A stretch of 64,000 nt of DNA, taken from contig DXJO01000010.1 of the NCBI GenBank assembly GCA_019057475.1, forward strand, positions 407,623-471,622, read 5' to 3'. A model generated the notes under the pieces. The model ran no database searches and was not told the DNA's origin. It saw only the letters and a program-made list of their open reading frames with translations. The DNA comes from Candidatus Thorarchaeota archaeon (GTDB lineage Archaea; Asgardarchaeota; Thorarchaeia; Thorarchaeales; Thorarchaeaceae). The translations under genes were made by a program, and so were the position numbers. Numbering within the stretch: position 1 is the first letter of the stretch; every line of letters begins with the position of its first letter. Below are positions 9,625 to 20,700 of the stretch, piece by piece.

Positions 9625-11172
9625 ATGTCAAAAAAGAAGTTCGACGAGCTCACGAAGAAGCGTGAAGAAGCCAAAATAGCCGGGGGCAAGGAACGCATCG
9701 AAAAGCAGCACAAGAAAGGCAAGTACACAGCACGGGAGAGAGTTGAGAAGCTGCTTGATCCTGACTCATTCGTAGAGATTGACGAGTTTGTTGTCCACCG
9801 CGAAACTGCATTCGGGATGGACAAGAACAAGATTCTCGGCGATGGAGTAATTACAGGTTATGGTGCGATTGACGGTCGAAAGGTGTTCATATTCTCCCAG
9901 GACTTCACCGTGTGGGGTGGGTCTCTTGCAGAGATGTATGGCTTGAAGATATGCAAAATAATGGACCTGGCGATGGAGGTTGGTGCTCCAGTCATCGGTC
10001 TGAACGATAGTGGTGGGGCTCGCATCCAAGAAGGCGTCAAGTCACTGGCCAGCTACTGCTGGATTTTCAAGCGTAACACATTGGCAAGTGGTGTAGTACC
10101 CCAGATTTCTGCGATCATGGGCCCTTGCGCAGGAGGAGCAGTCTACAGCCCGGCCGTTACCGACTTCACATTTATGGTGAAGAAAACCTCGCACATGTTC
10201 ATCACGGGCCCGGAGGTCATCAAGACGGTAACCGGCGAGAAAGTCAGTTTCGAGGAACTGGGTGGTGCCATGACGCACGCATCCACGAGTGGAGTGGCTA
10301 GTTTCGCCAGTGAGGATGAGGATGACTGCTTCATGCAGATTCGCAAACTGCTCAGCTATATGCCGAGCAATAATCTGGAAGGACCACCACGAATCAACAC
10401 TGGTCATGCCCCTGATGACGTGGACGAATCCATTGACGAGCTACTTCCAGAGGACACGAATGTGCCATACGATATGAGGGATGTTGTGACCAAGGTTGCT
10501 GACAATGGTGAGTTCTTTGAAGTCCATGAACATTGGGCGAAGAACATAATTATTGGCTTCGCACGTTTCGATGGACAATCTGCCGGAATCGTGGGCAATC
10601 AACCAGCTCATCTGGCCGGGACTCTTGACATAGATGCATCTGACAAGTGTGCTCGCTTTGTGAGATTCTGTGATGCGTTCAACATTCCAGTCATCACGTT
10701 CATGGACGTGCCTGGATTTCTCCCGGGCACATCTCAAGAGTGGGGCGGTATTATCAGACACGGTGCCAAGATCTTGTACGCCTTTGCTGAAGCCACAGTT
10801 CCCAAGATAACCATAATCACAAGAAAGGGATACGGTGGAGCTTATGACGTAATGTCGTCTCGGCACATTGGAGCTGACCTTGTCTATGCATGGCCTGCGG
10901 CGGAGATTGCAGTCATGGGGCCTGATGGTGCGACTAACATCATCTTCCGCAAGGAAATTGATAAGGCTAGGGATAAGGCGAAGAAACGAGCTGAACTTGC
11001 CAAGAAGTATCGCGAGCAGTTTGCTCATCCATACATTGCCGCCGGACTTGGATACATCGACAAGGTAATTTTCCCGCATGAAACCCGCCAGTTGATATGC
11101 AAGGGCCTTGATATTCTCTCAAGCAAACGGCAGACCAGACCGCCAAAGAAGCACGGAAATATCCCACTGTAA
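9625..11172 (+). CDS. Acyl-CoA carboxyltransferase (PccB/MmdA/transcarboxylase 12S family)
   Basis: [48 protein letters not shown] and KKHGNIPL motifs. Confidence 0.95.
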   Translation: MSKKKFDELTKKREEAKIAGGKERIEKQHKKGKYTARERVEKLLDPDSFVEIDEFVVHRETAFGMDKNKILGDGVITGYGAIDGRKVFIFSQDFTVWGGSLAEMYGLKICKIMDLAMEVGAPVIGLNDSGGARIQEGVKSLASYCWIFKRNTLASGVVPQISAIMGPCAGGAVYSPAVTDFTFMVKKTSHMFITGPEVIKTVTGEKVSFEELGGAMTHASTSGVASFASEDEDDCFMQIRKLLSYMPSNNLEGPPRINTGHAPDDVDESIDELLPEDTNVPYDMRDVVTKVADNGEFFEVHEHWAKNIIIGFARFDGQSAGIVGNQPAHLAGTLDIDASDKCARFVRFCDAFNIPVITFMDVPGFLPGTSQEWGGIIRHGAKILYAFAEATVPKITIITRKGYGGAYDVMSSRHIGADLVYAWPAAEIAVMGPDGATNIIFRKEIDKARDKAKKRAELAKKYREQFAHPYIAAGLGYIDKVIFPHETRQLICKGLDILSSKRQTRPPKKHGNIPL

Positions 11173-11185
11173 GAGGCAGTCCGCA

Positions 11186-12772
11186 ATGACCAAGCTCAAG
11201 ATCACGGACACAACGCTGAGAGATGCGCACCAATCTCTAATCGCTACACGCATGAGAACGGAGCATATGCTACCAATCTGCGAGAAGATTGACAAGGTGG
11301 GCTATCATTCACTTGAGATGTTCGGTGGGGCGACCTTTGACAGCATGATGCGATTCTTAGATGAAGACCCCTGGGAACGAGTAGAAGCATTACGTGATGC
11401 GATGCCCAATACGAAGTTCCAGATGCTGCTTCGAGCCTCTAATGTGGTCGGTTATCATATCTATCCTGACGATGTCTTGGAGGCTTTCGTTGTTGAGGCA
11501 GTCAAGGTCGGGATTGACATCTTTAGGATATTCGATGCGCTCAACGATATCCGAAATATGGAGGCTTCCATGAAGTTCGTGAAGCGAGAAGGAGGACATG
11601 TCCAGGCTAGTATCTGCTACACGCTTAGTCCATATCATAGCAACGAGAAGTTCGTAGAGAAAGCGAAGATGCTCTACTCGTTGGATGCTGATTCGATTTG
11701 CATCAAGGACATGGCCGGGCTTATCTCCCCAGAAGCCGCCTCTGACCTTACAATGCGCCTGAAGGATGAGATTGACATCCCAGTTCAACTGCACTCACAC
11801 TACACAAGCGGAATGGCCTCAATGGCCTATCTCAGAGCTGCAGATGCAGGGGTTGATGTAGTGGACTGCGCGATATCATCGCTTTCCCTCGCAACATCAC
11901 AACCTGCAACAGAATCGATGGTTGAGGCACTGAAGGGTACCCCGAGGGACACAGGCCTAGATGTTAACCTCCTCGCTGAGATTGCAGATTACTTCAGAAA
12001 GATTCGTCACAAGTATTCCCAGTTTGAGGGAAGTCTTCAGGGAGTGAATCCCAAGGTCTTGGTATTCCAGATCCCCGGGGGAATGCTGTCAAATTTGGAC
12101 AACCAGCTTAGAGAGCAAGATGCTCTGGACAGTTACGACGAGGTTTTGGAGGAAGTTCCTCGCGTGCGTGCGGAGCTCGGCTACCCTCCGTTAGTGACTC
12201 CATCCAGTCAGATTGTGGGAACTCAGGCTACAATGAACGTCATAACCGGGGAGCGTTACAAGATTATACCGCATGAAGTTAAGCAATACGTCAGGGGATA
12301 TTACGGACGACCGCCCACGGAGATCGACCCTGATATCAAGAAGAAGATAATCGGGGATGAGGAGTCCCTGAAGGTGCGACCTGCTGACCTGCTCGAACCT
12401 GAGTTGCCCAAGGCAAGAGCGGCGTTGAAAGACACCCCCCACCTGCCTCGAGATGAGGTTTCGTATGCATTGTTCCCGCACTATGCACTTGACTTCTTGA
12501 AGAGAAAGGCGAATCGTCTTGCGCTTGGCGAGATGACTGAGGCACAGATGATTGCCATAATCGCCTCTGTACTTCATAGCAGTACCACAAGCAGAAGCAG
12601 CATATCCTCGTCCAGCCTACGTGGTGATGCATGGACACTTGCTGGCCGTGATGACCTGATGGACGGGCGAACGGTTGAGTATGGTTCTGGTAAATGGGAA
12701 CGGGCCGAGTCTGCCTGGACTTCAGCAGGAAGAAAGGACGTGATGAAAGGCAGGCGACAGGGGGGTCCGTGA
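11186..12772 (+). CDS. Pyruvate/oxaloacetate carboxyltransferase (transcarboxylase 5S/OadA/PycB family), without fused biotinyl domain
   Basis: DTTLRDAHQSL, FRIFDALND, IKDMAG, HSHYT, IPGGMLSNL and PLVTPSSQIVG motifs; ATG at 11186 follows GAGG. Confidence 0.93.
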   Translation: MTKLKITDTTLRDAHQSLIATRMRTEHMLPICEKIDKVGYHSLEMFGGATFDSMMRFLDEDPWERVEALRDAMPNTKFQMLLRASNVVGYHIYPDDVLEAFVVEAVKVGIDIFRIFDALNDIRNMEASMKFVKREGGHVQASICYTLSPYHSNEKFVEKAKMLYSLDADSICIKDMAGLISPEAASDLTMRLKDEIDIPVQLHSHYTSGMASMAYLRAADAGVDVVDCAISSLSLATSQPATESMVEALKGTPRDTGLDVNLLAEIADYFRKIRHKYSQFEGSLQGVNPKVLVFQIPGGMLSNLDNQLREQDALDSYDEVLEEVPRVRAELGYPPLVTPSSQIVGTQATMNVITGERYKIIPHEVKQYVRGYYGRPPTEIDPDIKKKIIGDEESLKVRPADLLEPELPKARAALKDTPHLPRDEVSYALFPHYALDFLKRKANRLALGEMTEAQMIAIIASVLHSSTTSRSSISSSSLRGDAWTLAGRDDLMDGRTVEYGSGKWERAESAWTSAGRKDVMKGRRQGGP

Positions 12773-13293
12773 TGAGTCCTGAGTACGAAATCAAACTTGC
12801 TGACCGCGGTTACACCGTGGAGGTGCGAAGGTTGGACGAGGGAGGGCTTCTGGTTGTAAAGGTCGGTTCTCAGAGTTTTTCGCTGAAGCCAACACTCAAT
12901 GATGACGGCGCATGGACAGTCAGTGATACGGCGGGGGATCATAGCGTTAGAATCCTGAAGAAGGCTGGCAGCAAGGTTTCTGTGGAAGTGAATGGTCAGG
13001 CGTGTGACATCGAGTGGGTCAGGATTCGCAAGCAAGAAGAGCAAGCTCGCAAAACCACTTCTGCATCAGGCCCAAGAGTAGATGGTGGTGTATATCCACC
13101 GATGCCCGGCAAAATCAGCGAAGTACTGGTCAAGCCAGGTGATACGGTGAAGAGCGGCCAGACCGTATGCATACTCGAAGCAATGAAGATGTTTAACGAA
13201 TTGAAGTCACCGTCAGCCGGGACTGTGAAAGAGGTCAACGTTGAGCCGGGCTCCAGCGTAACCCAGAGTACACTTCTAATACTCGTTGAGTGA
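12772..13293 (+). CDS. Biotin carboxyl carrier protein with N-terminal beta-rich extension
   Basis: PPMPGKI and EAMKM biotinylation motif; its ATG overlaps the upstream TGA (TGATG). Confidence 0.93.
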   Translation: MSPEYEIKLADRGYTVEVRRLDEGGLLVVKVGSQSFSLKPTLNDDGAWTVSDTAGDHSVRILKKAGSKVSVEVNGQACDIEWVRIRKQEEQARKTTSASGPRVDGGVYPPMPGKISEVLVKPGDTVKSGQTVCILEAMKMFNELKSPSAGTVKEVNVEPGSSVTQSTLLILVE

Positions 13294-13304
13294 GGCTGCT
13301 CTAA

Positions 13305-14471
13305 ATGGAACCTGTCTATGTCGTAGGGGTTGGCATGACCCCTTTTGGAGTGCTAGAGGATTCAATCCTCGAGCTGGCTGAGAAGGCTGCGTACGAAGCA
13401 ATGAACGATTCGGGGACAATCGAGCACAGGTTTGACAGGGTTGTGGTCGGGTCCCAGAACCCTGATGAATTCACAGGAATGGGTCACCTGTCATCGCTCC
13501 TGGCTGACCGGCTGGGGATGGTTCCTGCTGGGGCAACTCGCGTGGAGACTGGGCCTTCATCGGGTTCGAGTGCTTTTGAAGTGGCCTACGCATTTGTTGC
13601 GGCTGGGTTGGCTGATCTAGTTCTTGTGATTGGCGTCGAGAAGATGTCGAGTGTGGACCGCGAAACAGCTTCTGGTATCCTTGCCAAGATGATGTCGTAT
13701 GAGAATGAAACTCAATATGGTGCAACGCCTACTGCCCTTGCTGCCATGGTCGCTAGACGCTACATGCACGACTTCGGACTTACCAGAGATGAGCTATCCA
13801 TGGTGCCGGTGAAGGCGCACCGAAACGGAGCAAAGAACCCGCTGGCACACTTCCAGAAGGAGATCTCTGTTGAAACGGTCAGCAACGGGCGTATCGTGTC
13901 AGACCCTTTGACATTGTATGATTGCTGTCCTACAAGTGACGGAGCCGCGGCTTTGGTTGTCATGTCCAAGACCAAGATGCGGGAATTTGGATGCTCTGAC
14001 AGAGCCATCAAGGTTCTAGGTGTTGGGCACGGCACCGATTTTCATGCCGTTCAACATCGCCTTTCACTAACATCGTTTGGGGCAACAGTTGAGGCGGCTC
14101 GGAATGCGTTTGGAATGGCCAACCTCCAACCGAGCGCCATTGATGTAGCTGAGATTCACGATGCATTCTCGATTCTTGAACTTGTGAATATGGAGGACAT
14201 CGGGTTTGTCGACTCTGGGAAAGCGATTGGCTTGATCAGTGATGGGTCGACTCAAGTTGAAGGTGATCTGCCGATAAACCCCAGTGGAGGTCTCAAGGCT
14301 CGGGGTCACCCGACGGGTGCCACTGGCGTCGCTCAGATTCGTGATGTGGTGCTCCAGCTCAGGAATGAATCACCAAAAGGACTGCAGGTCGACTCGCCAG
14401 AACTAGCGCTCACTCATAATATCGGGGGTTTTGGAAACAATATGGTTGTTACTATACTAAGACGACCATGA
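13305..14471 (+). CDS. Archaeal/SCP-x-type thiolase-family protein lacking the N-terminal catalytic Cys
   Basis: GVEKM, NPLAHFQ, DGAAALV, EIHDAF, NPSGGLKARGHPTGATG and HNIGG motifs. VETGPSSG stands where VExACASG is expected. Confidence 0.88.
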   Translation: MEPVYVVGVGMTPFGVLEDSILELAEKAAYEAMNDSGTIEHRFDRVVVGSQNPDEFTGMGHLSSLLADRLGMVPAGATRVETGPSSGSSAFEVAYAFVAAGLADLVLVIGVEKMSSVDRETASGILAKMMSYENETQYGATPTALAAMVARRYMHDFGLTRDELSMVPVKAHRNGAKNPLAHFQKEISVETVSNGRIVSDPLTLYDCCPTSDGAAALVVMSKTKMREFGCSDRAIKVLGVGHGTDFHAVQHRLSLTSFGATVEAARNAFGMANLQPSAIDVAEIHDAFSILELVNMEDIGFVDSGKAIGLISDGSTQVEGDLPINPSGGLKARGHPTGATGVAQIRDVVLQLRNESPKGLQVDSPELALTHNIGGFGNNMVVTILRRP

Positions 14472-14729
14472 AAGGAATTAGTGACTTCTGAATATTATAG
14501 AATTTGAAGATATATCCCATTCATTCATCCAAGAATGTCTTATTTAGTCTACACATGCTCACAATATGTACTAGCCCAAATTTTGGATTCAGCACGCTGC
14601 ATTGGCAATACAAGAAGTGACCGTGATAGTCTTGCTTATGGTTCCTAGCAAGTATGAATCTATTACGACCTCCTTCTATGCTAAACAGCATGTATGTATC
14701 TGCCAGTACAATAGAACGGTGTCCCTACT

Positions 14730-17700
14730 ATGAAAAGAACTGTGTTTGCACTGGCTTTTTTTGTAACCCTCTTTGGTTTTGGTTTGATTACTCCAATTGC
14801 TGAATTTGAATCACTACAAATCCAATCAACTGATTCTCAATCATTCACAATGTCTGGCATTGGAGACAACACCGAGGACTATGTGGACCAGACCAGCGAC
14901 CTTCATGCTCCGTCAGACTTAGGTTCACATTCTAGCTTCGCTGCTATGCAGGCTGGACCAGACCAGACTAATGATACTCTTACAGAAACAGATACAGGCG
15001 CCGGTGGTGGTTCTGAATGGCTCTGGGTTGATTCATTTGATGCGACAACTCAAGACTGGACAGAAGTAGGAGCCTCACCCTTCCTTGGCGCGCAAGACCA
15101 GCCGACCAACTACATCTATTGTACGTCAGGAATCAACATCGACCACGGGTTCTTCGGTTTCACTAATACTACATCAAGCTCGATAACAGACGTCAACATC
15201 TCCATCTACCACAACACAGCAGAACAGACTCAGATAATACTCTATAATTCTACTACAAGCACCACTATCAACTTCGGCAACTCCGGTGGTGTCTGGGCTT
15301 GGGAAACCATTACAGTTGATGGAGATGCGGTAGAACTAGAGATTATGTTTCCTACTGTTGATGAGGTCAACAATGCTTATGCAACGGTGAGCGGAAAATC
15401 CCAAGGTGGTCCTGGCCAAGTCGATGTAGATGCTATGCGACTCGGCGTCACAGGAACTGGCGGTGGTTCGAACTACGAGCTGGACCTTGAAGTAGGTTGG
15501 ACAGCCGCCGACTTCGACGAGTCCAACGAGGAGCTTTGTATCTTCGCTGGTCCTCAGGATGCCGAGTCCCTGAAGGTCGATGTGTGGAACGACACTGACT
15601 CTGCATGGGTCAATGTCATCGCAGACCTCACCTACAACCAGTGGAATAATGTCAGTATCGCCTCACATCTTGTGGACACTAGTCTTGAGATTCGATTCCT
15701 TGGTGGTACAGAAACAGGGGATACAACACAAGACACTTGGGAGATAGATGCAGTACTAATTCACACATGGACACCAAGCTACGCTCCCGTGAACGATCAA
15801 GCACCCTCCTTGGACAATCCAAGTGATACTGACAACATGTATGGACAGTATCTGGAATATCAGGTCACTGTCTATGTTTCTGACCAGAACGGCTTCGCAG
15901 ATATCGACTACTTAGAGATTGGACTATGGGACAACACCCAGACCACAGAGTACTGCAGATTCAGGTACGATGAAGACATGAACACCTTCACTGAGCAGTA
16001 TGATGGTGGAACTTATGTTTCTCTAAACACTGGAAGCTCCACTGCTACAGAGAGCGGCAATGATATCGATGCAACCTTCTATTTCACAGTAGACTGGGAC
16101 TTCCCTGACTCTACAGATTTAGACGCTAAATGTTATGTTATTGACACACAGACCGAATCAGCTACCACATGGTATGAGGTCAATTGGGATGTAGAAACCC
16201 GCCTTGATTATTCTGTTGCTCCAAGTATTGATGATGCCTCTGGCACCGCTGACAGAGGTGACTTTGATGGTTCATTCTCACTGACTGGTACCGTCATCTA
16301 CTACACTTCTGTGGATGATTTTCCAGCATCAACTGATGTCGATGCCTGGGTGTCTGCATCAGAGTATGGTACCACTGTGGGACCCTGGAGCGACCTGACC
16401 CTCATCTCTGGTGCATTCGATGTCACCTGCTATGGAGATGATGTGGTGGGTCAGGACACCTACACAATCAAGGTGGTTGAAGAGGGTGCAGGTTCAGGAG
16501 GTACTGACCTCTACTATACAACCAGCGTCACTGACACCTACATTGCAGACCGCGTTCAGGTGCAATCTTACTCTGTTGCTGATGACCGGGTAAATGTAAA
16601 TGACAATGTAGACATTGATGTGACACTCTATTATGATTATGACAACTCCGCAGTCATTGACGGCACTGTGACTGTCAATGGAGCATCAGCAACTCATCAA
16701 GGGGCTGGTGTCTGGCGAATAACTGATTCAGAAGCTACAGTCATGGCCAATACCTACAACACTGTGGCCTGCTCTGGTGGAACACATGGCATAACCACAG
16801 TGGACCAGAACGGACAGTCTCAGACTGTTATCTGGGACCAAGTGATTGTGGTTTCATACTCTGTAACTGATAACAGAGTCGATATCAATACGGTAGTGAA
16901 TGTAGACGTTACACTCCAATATGACTATGACAACACTGCAGTGACTGATGGCACAGTCACAATCAATACGATCTCTGCCACTCATCAAGGCTCAGGTGTC
17001 TGGAGAATTACACCCTCTCAGGCATCTGTGACTGCAGTTACTTACAACTCAGTTGCAGCCAGTGGTAATACTCATGGAATCACATCAGTAAATCAGAACG
17101 GACAAAGCCAACAGGTCATCTGGGACCAGATCACTGTGACGGGTTACACAGTGTCTGACGCTCGTGTCAACATCAATGATAATGTGAACGTAGATGTCAC
17201 AATCGAGTATGCATATGACAATACAGCTGTGACTGATGGTATAGTCACAATCAACGGAGCTTCAGCAACCCATCAAGGAGCGGGAGTATGGCGAATAGTA
17301 ACCTCACAGAGCACGGTCCAACAAGTCACTTACAACACAGTAGCCGCCTCTGGAAACACTGAAGGGATTACTTCAGTAAATCAGAATGGTCAATCTACCG
17401 CTGTCATATGGGACAGAATCAGCGTACAGACAACTGTTGTTGATGATGGTCGTGTGGGCGTAGGCACAAGTGCAGAGGTTCGCGTCACACTATGGCTTGA
17501 ATACGACAGTACATTTCTCGGTGCTGGCGACACAGTAACACTAGATGGCGTCGCGATGACTTGGGATGCTGTAAACTTATGGTTTGATCTATCTCGCACT
17601 CAAGCCTCAGTTGGCTTGTGGGTCTACTTTGTGAACTCCAGTTCGGAGACCGGTTTTGGCATCACTGAATTGAACCTCAACTCTCAGAGTGTTTCTGTAA

Positions 17701-20700
17701 TCTGGGACCGTGTTCAAGTTCAGTCCTATTCGGTCGCAGACAGTCGGGTGAACATCAATGACAATATCGATGTTGACGTGACACTCTATTATGATTATGA
17801 CAACACTGCAGTCACAGACGGTACTGTGACCATCAATGGTCTATCTGCAACACATCAGGGTGCAGGTGTCTGGAGGGCCACTGACTCGAAAGCCACAGTC
17901 CAGCTCTTTACCTACAACTCAGTTGCAGCGTCAGGGAACACCCATGGAATCTCAGTCGTCGACCAGAACTCCCAGACACAGGATGTCATCTGGGATCGAG
18001 TTCAGGTTCAATCTTACAGTGTGGCTGATGCTCGAGTTAACATCAATGACAATGTGGATATCGATGTCACTCTTGTCTATGACTACGACAATACCGCAGT
18101 CACAGATGGAACTGTGACCATCAACGGAGCTTCAGCAGCACATCAAGGAGCTGGAGTGTGGAGAATCACTGATTCTGAAGCCGTTGTAATGTCCAATACT
18201 TACAATACTGTAGCATCATCCGGAAACACTCACGGAATCTCAACTGTGGACCAGAACGGTCAATCCCAACAGGTCATCTGGGACCAGATCACTGTGACGG
18301 GTTATGCAGTGTCTGACGCTCGAGCCAACATCAATGATAATGTGAACGTGGATGTAACCATAGAGTATGCTTATGACAACTCCGCCGTAACTGATGGTAC
18401 TGTTATGATTAATGGAAATTTGGCTACACATCAGGGATCCGGTATCTGGCGGATTGTGGAATCACAAAGTACGGTCCAACAAGTTACTTACAACACTGTT
18501 GCGGCATCAGGGAACACTGAAGGGATTACTTCAGTCAATCAGAACGGTCAATCTACAGCGGTCGTGTGGGATAGAATCAGTGTCCAGACTACAGTTGTTG
18601 ATGACGGACGAGTCGGAATCGGTTCTAGTGTCGAGATTCGAGTCACATTATGGTTAGAATATGACAGCACATTCCTTGGTGCGGGTGACTCGGTCACTCT
18701 AGATGGCGTTGCTATGACATGGGATGGGGTCAACACATGGTTTGATTTGTCCCGCTCTCAGGCTTCAGTTGGTCTGTGGATCTACTTTGTGAACACAAGT
18801 TCAGAAGCTACCTACGGCATTACTGCTTTGAATCTTAACTCTCAGAGTGTTTCTGTAATCTGGGATCGAGTACAGGTCCAGTCCTACTCAGTGTCAGACA
18901 GTCGGGTGAACATCAATGACAATGTCGACATCGATTCCACGCTCTACTATAACTATGACAACACCGCAGTCACAGATGGTACTGTCACAATCAACGGTCT
19001 GTCTGCAACTCATCAGGGAGCCGGTGTCTGGCGCGTCACTGACTCAAAAGCTACAGTTCAGCTCTTCACCTATGACACCGTTGCAGCTTCAGGGAATGCT
19101 CACGCCATCACAGTCGTTGACCAGAACTCCCAGACACAGGATGTCATCTGGGACCGTGTCCAAATACAGTCCTACAGCGTGACTGATGCTAGAGTGAATA
19201 TCAACGACAATGTCGATGTTGATGTCACCCTGGTCTATGATTATGACAATACAGCAGTCACAGATGGTACAGTAACAATCAACGGAGCCTCTGCTACCCA
19301 TCAGGGTGTTGGAGTGTGGAGAATCACCGATTCAGAAGCTGTTGTAATGTCCAATACTTACAACATCATAGCAACATCCGGAAACACTCACGGAATCTCA
19401 ACAGTGGATCAGAATGGTCAGAGCCAACTTGTCATTTGGGACCAGATTACAGTGAGAAGCTACATAGTAGCTGACACAAGAGTCAACATCAATGACAACA
19501 TGAATATTGATGTGACCATCGAATACGAATATGATGATTCTGCGGTCACCGATGGAACTGTGACCATCAACGGAGCTTCGGCAACCCATCAAGGAGCTGG
19601 AGTGTGGAGGATTACAGATTCAGAAGCCACAGTCATGATGAACACCTATGATACAATTGTGTGTTCAGGGAATGCTGAGGGAATCACATCAGTGAATCAA
19701 AACTCTCAGTCTGTGGATGTTATATGGGATCGAATACAAGTACAATCCTACTCTGTTGCTGATACAAGAGTCAACATTTCAGATACTGTCGACATTGATT
19801 TCACACTCTACTATGATTATGACAATTCAGCTGTGACTGATGGTACAGTGACAGTCAATGGAATCTCTGCAACTCATCAAGGTGCTGGAGTGTGGAGAAT
19901 AACAGATTCTGAGGTGACCGTGACTGCAAATACCTATGACACAGTTGTTTGCTCTGGTGGAACCCACGGAATCACGACAGTGGATCAGAATGGTCAATCA
20001 CAGCAAGTCATCTGGGATCAAGTGACTGTTGTTTCATACTCCGTTGCTGACAGCAGGGTGGACATCAACACGGTTGTAAATGTTGACGTTACTATCCAAT
20101 ATGATTATGACAATTCAGCTGTGACTGATGGAACAGTCACAATCAATGGCATTTCAGCTACTCATCAGGGCGCTGGAGTCTGGCGAATTTCGCCTTCACA
20201 GGCTGCAGTGACTGGCGTAACCTACAATCTTGTCGTGGCCAGTGCAAATACTCATGGAATTACATCTGTAGACCAGAACAGCCAGAGTCAGGATGTAATC
20301 TGGGACAGGGTGCAAGTTCAATCTTACAGTGTTCTCGATGCTCGTGTCAATATCAACGACAATGTCGACATCAATGTGACACTATTCTATGATTATGACA
20401 ACACAGCTATCACTGACGGCACAGTGACAATCAATGGCATCTCAGCCACTCATATTGCGAACGGTGTGTGGCTGATCACTGAGACAGAATCAACAGTCAC
20501 TTCCAACACTTACCTGACTGTAGCTGCTTCAGGCAACACCCACGGAATTGACTTTGTGGATCAGAATGGTCAGAACCAACAGGTCATCTGGGATCAGATA
20601 ACAGTGAGAAGCTACAGTGTTGCTGATACTCGGGTCAATGTGGGCGATAGTGTGAATATTGACGTGACAATCGAATACGAGTATGACGATACAGCTGTGA

